This document shows positions 36,313-44,711 of a stretch of 64,000 nt of DNA, in pieces (the stretch's first letter is position 1; every line of letters starts with the position of its first letter). The position numbers and the translations under genes were made by a program. The DNA is taken from positions 576,001 to 640,000 of the forward strand of contig CAVRZA010000004.1 in assembly GCA_963725665.1 (NCBI GenBank), in the 5' to 3' direction. The DNA comes from an uncultured Actinomycetes bacterium (lineage in GTDB: Bacteria > Actinomycetota > Thermoleophilia > UBA2241). The notes under the pieces were generated by a model that saw only the letters and a program-made list of their open reading frames with translations, ran no database searches and had not been told where the DNA came from.

Positions 36313-38031
36313 GCCGCGGCGAAGGCCTCATACCGCCGCCACGTGTCGAGGCGATGCGGCGGCTCATCGCTTCGCGTCGCGAGAGGAAGCAAGCCCCGTC
36401 GGGTCTGCGCATGGGGGCCCACCCGTGTCTGCCGCCGCGCGAGAAGCGACCTGTCGTCTTCCTCTTCGAAGGGCGGCAGGTCGAGGCGTATGAGGGCGAG
36501 AGCGTCGCCGCGGCGCTCTTGGCCGCCGGCGTCCAAGGGTTGAGCAGGAGCTTCAAGTATCACCGTCCGCGCGGGGTGCTGTGCGGCAGTGGCTGGTGCC
36601 CTGCGTGCAGCATGCGCGTCGACGGGCTCCCCGGGGTGCGCACGTGCGTGACGCCGGTGCGGCAGGGCGCGGTCGTCGAGCGCGACCGTCCGTGGGGAAC
36701 CGGCGAGCACGACGCGCTACGCGCGCTCGAGCTCGCCGGTCCCTTCGCCGGGGCCGGCTTCTACTACCGCTATTTCACAGACCGGCCGCGCACCTACCGC
36801 GTGTGGGAGCGCCTGCTGGCCAACCTAGCGGCGGGGGGCCGCCTGCCCGACGCGGCGGCGGCCCGCCTCTGCCGCTCGGCCGGCGTGCAGGTGCGGGAGG
36901 TCGACGTGTGCGTGGTCGGAGGTGGCGCGGCCGGCGTGGCCGCGGCGCTTGCCGCGGCGCGCGCCGGCCGCGCCACCCTCCTCGTCGAGCGCGACGCCGA
37001 GATCGGCGGCGCCCTGCTGGCCGAGACGCGGACGCTGACCGAGCTCGATGCCGTCGACGTGCCTCCGGTGGCGCGAGTGGGGCAGGGGAGCGAGGACGAA
37101 GCCGCGCTCGGGGAGGCACGCTCGTCGGCGGCTGTCCTGCGTGAGCTGGTCGGGGGTGACGTGCCTCCCGACTTGCGCGGCTTCGCCCTCGCCGCTCACC
37201 TGGCCGAGACCGCGGCGGCGCCAGGACGGCCTCGAGGTCCTGGCGGGCGCCACTGCCCAGGCGTGGGGCGATGAAGGCGTCTTGCTCGTCGAGACGCCGT
37301 CCGGACCGCTGCTGGTGACGACGAGCACGCTGGTCGTCGCCGCCGGCACGCGCGACCGCAAGGTCGCGTTCCCCGGCGGCGACCTGCCCGGTGTGATGCT
37401 CGCCCGGGGTGTGCAGCGGCTCCTGCACCGTGACCGCGTGCGCCCAGGCCGGCGGGCGGTCGTGGCCGGCGACGGCGCCATCGGCTACGCGGTGGCGCGC
37501 CAGCTTCTGGACGCCGGCGTCGAGGTCGCGGCGCTCGCCGACGTGAGTGTCGCGGCAGCGCCGGACCTGCCGGAGTCATCTGGCGTCAGCCCTGTGGCGT
37601 CTTCCGCCGCCATGCGGCAGCCGCTGCCGGAAAGCGTGCGCGTCCTGCACCTTCATGCGGTCAAGGCGGCGCACGGCTTCGGGCGCCTGCGCGGCGTGAC
37701 GCTCACCCCGGCCGACGGGCACGCGGCCAGAGGAGCGGGCCGGCGTGACGTGCGCCTCGAATGCGACACGCTCTGCCTGGCCCTCGGTGAGGAGCCGGCC
37801 GACGAGCTCGTGGCGCAGTTCGTGGCTCACGGCAGTCACAGCCTCAGCGGGCCGCGCTGGCGAAGCGAGCCGGCGCCCGACCGCCCTGGCGCGGAGATGA
37901 TCGCGCCTAGCCCTGCCCCGGGTCTCTGGCTGGCCGGCTCCCTAGCCGGTCCGTGCTCTCTCGCCACGGCGCTGGCGCAGGGCGTGTCGGCAGGCGAGCG
38001 GGCCGCCCAAGCCTCGTCAGCATCGGCCTGA
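36309..38031 (+). CDS. Sarcosine-oxidase-alpha-like subunit (2Fe-2S plus FAD/NAD domain); frameshift near 37221
   Basis: SRSFKYHRPRG..CGSGWCPAC...C, VVGGGAAG, then FPGGDLPGVM in the next frame. Confidence 0.8.
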
Positions 38032-38407
38032 TCCGGGATTGCGTCTGACTACAGACCCAAGCGGGCGATCCGTTCACTGAGGCGCGGCACGATCGAGCCG
38101 CAAAAGGGCTGCCGCCTGCTCGAGGCTGACGGCGCCGCGTTGCAGCAACGCCAGGTGCTCAGGCGGGTCTGCCGACGAGGAGGTCGGCCGCGGGGGTGCT
38201 CCGTCGGAGTGCCCCCACGCGGCCGGCCGCATCCTCCCCTGGGGAGAGGGCTCTCCTGTCCTTTGCCCCGCGCGATCGAGGACACACCCCCCGAATCTCC
38301 TCCTCCGGAGAAGACCAAGATGCCCCACCGGGGCGACGACTCCCGCGGCGCCTGCCACTAGCCTGTGAGACAGACGGTAAGTGAATCGCGGAGCGACGGA
38401 GGGAGTC

Positions 38408-38587
38408 ATGTTCAACCTCACGACAATGGACACCAAGACGGACTGGCGCGGTGGCCCGCGCACCAGCCGCAGGGGTCGTCGGGGCGCCCGCCGCATCGAC
38501 TACAACGCACTTGCGGCCGTCGAGTACCGCCGCGCCCTACGCTCTGCGCTCGCAGCGCACGCTGAGACCCGCTTGCGCGTGTTCTGA
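38408..38587 (+). CDS. Small hypothetical basic protein, 59 aa
   Basis: GGAGGGAG RBS before ATG 38408; GC3-rich codons. Confidence 0.5.
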   Translation: MFNLTTMDTKTDWRGGPRTSRRGRRGARRIDYNALAAVEYRRALRSALAAHAETRLRVF

Positions 38588-38901
38588 ATCTCAACGCCCC
38601 TTCTCTCGGTAGCGAGCGGGCGCCGGGAGGCCAGAATGGCCTCCCGGCGCCGGCCGACTTTGTGCGGATGTGCCACCAAGTCGCGCGCGAAATCACGCAC
38701 GATTGTGCAAGAATGTGCGTGGTTCGTGACATCTGCGTTCGGGCGGCCCGTGGGGGCTCCCGTCGGCGCCAAAGGCGGTCGCCGCGAGGCGGCCGGCGGA
38801 TCACAACCACTCAGCGACGTTCCTGTCGCGCTCACTTAAGGCGTCCACGCCGGCCGCTTCACGCTACCCGGCGCCAATCGACCAGTGGAGGGTTGCAGTC
38901 T

Positions 38902-40203
38902 ATGAAGATTCTCGTCATCGGTACCGGAGGCGTGGGGGAGAGCGCGGCGACCATCGCCAAACGGCGCGATCCCAAGGGAGACTGGCTGCAGCTCTGCGTC
39001 ATGGCCGACTACAACCTCGAGCGTGCGCAGCGGTTCTCTCAGAAGCTTGGCGACGACCGCTTCCCGGCGGAGCAGGTCAACGCCGCCGACGTCGACCAGA
39101 TGGTCGCGCTGGCCAAGAAGTACGACGTCGACCTCATCTTCAACGCGGTCGCCCCGAACTTCAACCAGGCTATCCTGGGCGCGGCTCTCAAGGCCGAGAC
39201 CAACTACATGGACACGGCGATGACGCTCTCGGAGCCGCATCCGAGCGACCCCTTCAACCAGTGCGGCCTGAAGCTCGGTGACGAGGAGTTCCCTCTGAGT
39301 CCCGAGTTCGACAGGATCGGCAAGCTCGTCATGGCTGGCTGCGGCGTCGAGCCCGGCATGGCCGACCTCTTCGCCCGCTACGGGGCCGATCACTTCTTCG
39401 ACCAGGTCGAGGAGATCGGCATCCGCGACGGCTCCAACCTCGAGATCCCGGGTTTCAGCGGCATCAGCTTCGGTTTCTCCATCTGGACCACCATCGAGGA
39501 GTGCACCAACCCGGCGATCGTCTGGGAGTCCGGTAAGGGCTGGCACACCGTGCAGCCGTTCTCCGATCCCGAGCCGTTCTGGCTTCCCGAGGGCATCGGC
39601 ACGGTCGAGGTGGCTCACGTCGAGCACGAAGAGGTCATCTGCATCGGCCGCGCCGCGCCCCTGCTCAAGGGCGTCAAGAAGGCGACCTTCAAGTACGCGT
39701 TGGGCGACGAGTTCATCAACGCCATTGAGGTCTTCAAGGCCGTCAACATCGACAAGAAGGAGAAGATCAAGGTCGGCGACTGCATGGTGAGCCCGCGCGA
39801 CGTCGTCGCCGCGGCGGCCCCCGATCCCCTCGAGATCGGCAAGCGCTATGTCGGCAAGACGGCGGCCGGTACCTGGATCCGCGGCAAGAAAGACGGTCTC
39901 ACGCGCGAGGTCTACCTCTACCAGGTGGCCGACAACCAGGAGTGCGTCGAGAAGTACGACCAGCAGGTCGTGCAGGCCCAGACGGCCTTCACGCCGGTCG
40001 TCCTCTGGGAGCTCATGGCCGCCGGCAAGTGGGCCGGCTACAAGGGCAACCCCGCCAGCGGCGTGCACGTGCCCGAGGAGTTCGACGCCGACGACTACGT
40101 CGCGCTCATGCCGGCGTATGAGTTTCCCGGCGGACTGCTCGAGATGGAGTCTGAGTACAAGATCGCCCAGGACCGCGGCGCCCTCTTGGCGCCGGCCAGG
40201 TAA
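38902..40203 (+). CDS. Saccharopine-dehydrogenase-like NAD(P) oxidoreductase (carboxy(nor)spermidine dehydrogenase-like)
   Basis: MKILVIGTGGVG, NYMDTA, GVEPG, FSIWTTIEEC and VEHEEV; GGAGG RBS. Confidence 0.88.
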   Translation: MKILVIGTGGVGESAATIAKRRDPKGDWLQLCVMADYNLERAQRFSQKLGDDRFPAEQVNAADVDQMVALAKKYDVDLIFNAVAPNFNQAILGAALKAETNYMDTAMTLSEPHPSDPFNQCGLKLGDEEFPLSPEFDRIGKLVMAGCGVEPGMADLFARYGADHFFDQVEEIGIRDGSNLEIPGFSGISFGFSIWTTIEECTNPAIVWESGKGWHTVQPFSDPEPFWLPEGIGTVEVAHVEHEEVICIGRAAPLLKGVKKATFKYALGDEFINAIEVFKAVNIDKKEKIKVGDCMVSPRDVVAAAAPDPLEIGKRYVGKTAAGTWIRGKKDGLTREVYLYQVADNQECVEKYDQQVVQAQTAFTPVVLWELMAAGKWAGYKGNPASGVHVPEEFDADDYVALMPAYEFPGGLLEMESEYKIAQDRGALLAPAR

Positions 40204-40222
40204 GCAGATGTGAACGGGGTGG

Positions 40223-40252
40223 GGGAGCGAGGCCGGGACAGGCCTCGCTCCC
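40223..40252 (+). terminator. 12-bp GC hairpin after the dehydrogenase gene
   Basis: GGGAGCGAGGCC-gggaca-GGCCTCGCTCCC. Confidence 0.55.
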
Positions 40253-40329
40253 ACGCCCAGGTGAAGGGAGTCGGTCCGGCGCGTCCACGCGCCGGGTGTC
40301 GAGCCGGTGAGAACCGGCTGTGAAGGAAG

Positions 40330-41909
40330 GTGGAAGGTTGGAAAGCTCTGAGTTCGTATGCCGGCAGCGACGGCATAACAGCCGGCAAAGCACGGCCGGC
40401 CGCGGGGCAGGCGGGCCAGACACCGTCCGGGGCGAGCGCCAAAGGGCTTCGACTCGGGCGCTCTCGAGCCTCTTCGGCAGCGTCACCTTCGGCGTCGCGT
40501 CGGTGGCGCCCGCCTACAGTCTGGCGGCCACCATCGGCCTGATCGCTGCTGTGGTCGGCCTGGCGGTCGCCGTTCGTCATGCTGGTCGCATTCATCCCCA
40601 TGGTCTGGTCTCGGCCGGCTTCTACTACATGAACCGCGCCGATCCCGACTGCGGTCAGTCGTTCATCTGGACGTCGCGCGCCATGGGGCCGCAGGTCGGC
40701 TGGATGTCGGCTTCGCCGCCGTGGCCGCCTCGACGATCGTGATGGCGAACCTCGTGCAGATCGCCTCGCAGTACATGTTCCTCTTCTTCGGCCTCGATGG
40801 GCTGGCGAGCTCGACGTTCTGGGTGACGGTCGGCGGCGTGTGCTGGATCCTCTTCGTGGCCATCTTCGTGGCCATCGGCATCCAGGTCTCAGCCAAGGTG
40901 CAGTACGTGCTCATGGCGATGCAGATCGGCGCCCTCGTATTGTTCACGGTCTGGGCCATCGTCAAGGCGATCGCTGTGCACCCGGAGGGATACGCACCGC
41001 TGCGCCTGTCGCACCTGTTCTCGACCCACCTCACCGCGAGCCAGCTCTCCGCCGGTGTGCTGCTGGCCATCTTCCTCTACTGGGGCTGGGACTCGGTGAC
41101 CAGCGTCAACGAGGAGTCAGCAGGACTCGAGCAGGATGCCCGGGATCTCGGCCATCCTCAGCACGATCCTGCTGGTCATCGTCTACATGACCGTGACCGT
41201 CGCCGCGCAGATGTACCACGGCGCGCAGTTCCTGGTCGACAACCCCGACGATACCTTCGGGCCGCTGGCGAAGGACGTGCTCGGCAGTCCTCTCGACAAG
41301 CTCGTTCTGTTGTCGGTCTTCACGTCAGGCGCGGCCTCGGCTCTGACCACCCTGCTGCCGTTGACGAGAAGCACCCTCTCGATGGCGTCGCACAAGGCCT
41401 TCCCCAGGGTGTTCGGCAAGGTCGACCCCAAGTACCAGACGCCCTTCTGGGGCACGGTCATCCTCACCGTCATCTCGATCGCCTGGTACGTGCTCATGAC
41501 GGCTGTCAATGTGAACGCCCTCTATGACGCCATCGGCGGGCTCGGGTTCATGATCTGCCTGACCTACGGCTTCGTCGGTTTCGCGTCGGCTATCTACTAC
41601 CGCAAGGAGCTCCTCAAGAGTGTCAAGAACTTGGTGCTCATGGGGATCGTGCCGGCGGCCGGCGGCGTCATCATGATGCTCGTCTTCTACAAGTCGGCCG
41701 TCGACTACTGGAACCCCGACAACTCGTACGCCGGCGCCTGGTTCGGCATCGGCTCCACGTTCGTGATCGGCATCGGCACGATCCTGCTGGGCGTGGTCTT
41801 GATGTTCGTCATGTGGGCGGTGAGGCCGGAGTTCTTCCGGCGCAAGCCCGAGACGTGGCCCGGCGAAGGGCAGCCGATCCCATACGCCGACGAGCGCGTA
41901 GAAGGCTGA
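40330..41909 (+). pseudogene. APC family amino-acid/polyamine permease broken by about five indels (pseudogene or sequencing errors)
   Basis: GVASVAPAYSLAAT, PDCG, IFLYWGWDS..SVNEE and TPFW motifs across frames; shifts near 40459, 40565, 40603, 40710 and 41120. Confidence 0.7.
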
Positions 41910-41927
41910 TCGACAGCGAGTCAGGCG

Positions 41928-42016
41928 CGGGCGGGGCGCCGGGCCGGACGGCCCGGCGCCCCGCCCGTCTATGTGAGAGGGCGGCGAGGCCGTGCACGGC
42001 CTCGCCGCCCTCTCAC
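41928..42016. terminator. Tandem long perfect inverted repeats after the permease
   Basis: 19-bp stem 41928-41967 and 44-bp perfect palindrome 41973-42016. Confidence 0.65.
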
Positions 42017-42262
42017 GGTCAGACTCGGCTGTCGCCCTTAGGGCCTCCGCCTGATTGAAGCTCCACCGTCAAGCGAGTAGAAGCATGGATGCTGAGCATC
42101 TCCAGGCCCGGACGCCGGTCCATATGGGCTGGCATGGCGGGAGACGCGGGGGGCGAGGACGGTTGAGAAAGACACCGCCATGCTCAGAGCGCGTGGCGAC
42201 GAGGGCATGGTCGAGCAGGTAGCCCGGTGCGCGCCGCGCCGCGCGCGGCGGGTAGGTGCTCG

Positions 42263-42802
42263 GTGACGGTTGCTCCCGACGCCGGACGGCCGAGCGGGCC
42301 GTCCGCGTCGTCCCGGTCGGTCGACCCCCTGGCTCAGCTTCTGCACGAGTCCAATGGGAAGCGCTCTGACCTGGTTCCGGTGCTGCAGCGGACGCAGGAG
42401 ACGCTCGGCTACCTCTCGCCCGACGCCATCGGACGCATCGCCCGCCGGCTCAGGCTCTCGGAGAGCGAGGTCTTCGGCGTGGCCAGCTTCTACGCCCAGT
42501 TCCGCTTCACCCCGCCCGGCCGCCACCGGCTGCGCGTCTGCCTCGGCACCGCCTGCCACGTGAAGGGCGGCGTCCAGATGCTGGAGACCGTCGAGCGCCG
42601 CTTGGGCGTCGGTGCCGGAGAGACGACGGCCGACGGCGAGTACGATGTCGAGCGCGTGGCGTGTCTGGGCTGCTGCGCGCTGGCTCCCGTCATCACGCTG
42701 GACGACGCCGTCTACGGACAGATGAGCGTTCTCCAGCTGCAGGAGCTCATCGACGCGGACGCCGCGCACGGGAGCCGTTCGAGCGAGGGCGACGAGGGCT
42801 GA
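42263..42802 (+). CDS. NuoE/HydC-like [2Fe-2S] subunit
   Basis: VASFYAQF, CLGTACH and CLGCCALAP. Confidence 0.92.
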   Translation: MTVAPDAGRPSGPSASSRSVDPLAQLLHESNGKRSDLVPVLQRTQETLGYLSPDAIGRIARRLRLSESEVFGVASFYAQFRFTPPGRHRLRVCLGTACHVKGGVQMLETVERRLGVGAGETTADGEYDVERVACLGCCALAPVITLDDAVYGQMSVLQLQELIDADAAHGSRSSEGDEG

Positions 42803-42803
42803 C

Positions 42804-44711
42804 GTGGCCACGCTCGTGACGAGCATCTCGGAGGCCCTGGCGAGAGCGCGGGACCCGGATGCCTACGTCACCGACGAGGGCAACGCCGAGATCCGCATCT
42901 GCGGCGGCAGCGCGTGCCACTCGTCGGGTCGCCTGGCGGTGACGGCCGCATTCAACGAGGAGCTTGCCTCGCGTGGGCTGGCCGAGGCCGTGCACGTCGT
43001 CGAGACAGGCTGCCACGGGTTCTGCGAGCAGGGACCGATCGTGACGCTCTGGCCGCGGGGGACCTTCTACCCGCACGTGAGACCCGACGACGTCGCCAGG
43101 ATCGTCGAGGCGAGCGTCGTCGGCGACGGTGTCTACGAGAAGCGCCTCTACAAGGACCCCGCTACCAAGAAGCGCATCGCGTTGGAGAAGGACATTCCCT
43201 TCTACCGGGAGCAGGGTCGCCGCGTGCTCGAGCTCAACGGCCGCATCGACCCCTACTCCATCGACGACTACCTCGCGCGCGGCGGCTACCGCGCCCTGGC
43301 CAAGGTGCTCGCCGACGATGAGCCCGACGACGTCATCGAGCTCGTCGAGGACTCGGGTCTGCGCGGGCGCGGCGGCGCCGGCTTCTCGACGGGCACCAAG
43401 TGGCGCCTGGCGCGCCAGGCGCCGGGCGCGCTCAAGTACGTCATCTGCAACGCCGACGAGGGCGACCCCGGCGCCTTCATGGACCGCTCCGTCTTGGAGG
43501 GCAACCCGCACTCGGTGGTCGAGGGGGTCATCATCGCCGCCTTCGCGATAGGGGCCGGGGTCGCCCCCGTCGTGGGCTACGTGTACGTGCGGGCGGAGTA
43601 TCAGTTCGCGGTGGAGCGCCTCCGTCACGCCATCGTCCAGGCGCGCGAGCGCGGTCTGCTTGGCGACGACATCCTCGGTTCCGGCTTCGCCTTCGACGTG
43701 CACATCAGCCAGGGCGCCGGCGCCTTCGTCTGCGGCGAGGAGACCGCGCTCATGGCCTCCATCGAGGGCCGCCGCGGCATGCCGCGCACGAGGCCGCCCT
43801 ACCCCGCCCTGAAAGGGCTCTTCGGCAAGCCGACCAACATCAACAACGTCGAGACCTACGCCAACGTGCCCTGGATTGTCAACAACGGCGCCGACGCGTT
43901 CGCCGAGAAGGGGACGGCCACCTCCAGGGGCACCAAGATCTTCTCCCTGACCGGCAAGGTGGCCAACGGCGGCCTCGTCGAGGTGCCCATGGGCGCCACG
44001 CTGCGCCACGTGATCTTCGATATCGGTGGCGGCATGCTGCCGGGACGTGAGTTCAAGGCGGTGCAGCTCGGTGGGCCCTCCGGCGGCTGCCTCCCCAAGA
44101 GCCTTCTCGACCAGCCGATCGACTTCGAGAGTCTCGTCGCGGCGGGATCGATGATGGGCTCCGGTGGCATGGTGGTGGTCGACGACTCCACCTGCATGGT
44201 CGACTTCGCGAGGTTCTTCCTGCAGTTCACGGCTGAAGAGAGCTGCGGCAAGTGCGTCCCGTGCCGCGTGGGCATCGGCCACCTCGTGTCGATGCTGGAC
44301 GCGATCTGTGCCGGCAGGGGAGAGCTGGCCGATCTCGAACGCCTCGAGCGACTGGCCCACGTGATCAAGAACGGCTCCCTCTGCGGCCTCGGGCAGACGG
44401 CGCCCAACCCGGTGCTCTCCTCCCTGAGGTACTTCCGCGCCGAGTTCGTGGAGCACATCGTGGAGAGGCGCTGCCGGGCCGTCGTCTGTCGCGACCTGGT
44501 CGTCTACCGCATCATCCCGGGCAAATGCACCGGGTGCCAGCGCTGCGTGCAGGTCTGCCCGACCGGAGCGATCACGGGTCCGCGAGCGGAGACGCACAAC
44601 CTCGACCCGGACAAGTGCATCAAGTGCCGCTCGTGCTATGAAGCCTGCCGCTTCGAAGCCATCGCCGGAGACGCGATCGTGATCGAGTCGCGAGGGCGGC
44701 ATGTGGACTGA
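42804..44711 (+). CDS. NuoF/HydB-like FMN/NAD subunit, long form typical of electron-bifurcating enzymes
   Basis: N-terminal CGGSAC...CHGFC, GLRGRGGAGF, NADEGDPGAFMDR, GAFVCGEE, GGPSG, CGKCVPC and C-terminal 2x[4Fe-4S]. Confidence 0.93.
   Translation: MATLVTSISEALARARDPDAYVTDEGNAEIRICGGSACHSSGRLAVTAAFNEELASRGLAEAVHVVETGCHGFCEQGPIVTLWPRGTFYPHVRPDDVARIVEASVVGDGVYEKRLYKDPATKKRIALEKDIPFYREQGRRVLELNGRIDPYSIDDYLARGGYRALAKVLADDEPDDVIELVEDSGLRGRGGAGFSTGTKWRLARQAPGALKYVICNADEGDPGAFMDRSVLEGNPHSVVEGVIIAAFAIGAGVAPVVGYVYVRAEYQFAVERLRHAIVQARERGLLGDDILGSGFAFDVHISQGAGAFVCGEETALMASIEGRRGMPRTRPPYPALKGLFGKPTNINNVETYANVPWIVNNGADAFAEKGTATSRGTKIFSLTGKVANGGLVEVPMGATLRHVIFDIGGGMLPGREFKAVQLGGPSGGCLPKSLLDQPIDFESLVAAGSMMGSGGMVVVDDSTCMVDFARFFLQFTAEESCGKCVPCRVGIGHLVSMLDAICAGRGELADLERLERLAHVIKNGSLCGLGQTAPNPVLSSLRYFRAEFVEHIVERRCRAVVCRDLVVYRIIPGKCTGCQRCVQVCPTGAITGPRAETHNLDPDKCIKCRSCYEACRFEAIAGDAIVIESRGRHVD

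Noticed and set aside
38074-38232. Minus-strand mini-ORF ending LALLQRGAVSLEQAAALLR (SHOCT-like)
   Set aside because: Short similarity only and poor RBS spacing; cannot be supported.
38660-38680. Sigma-54 promoter (TGGCAC on the minus strand)
   Set aside because: No GC at the required -12 position.
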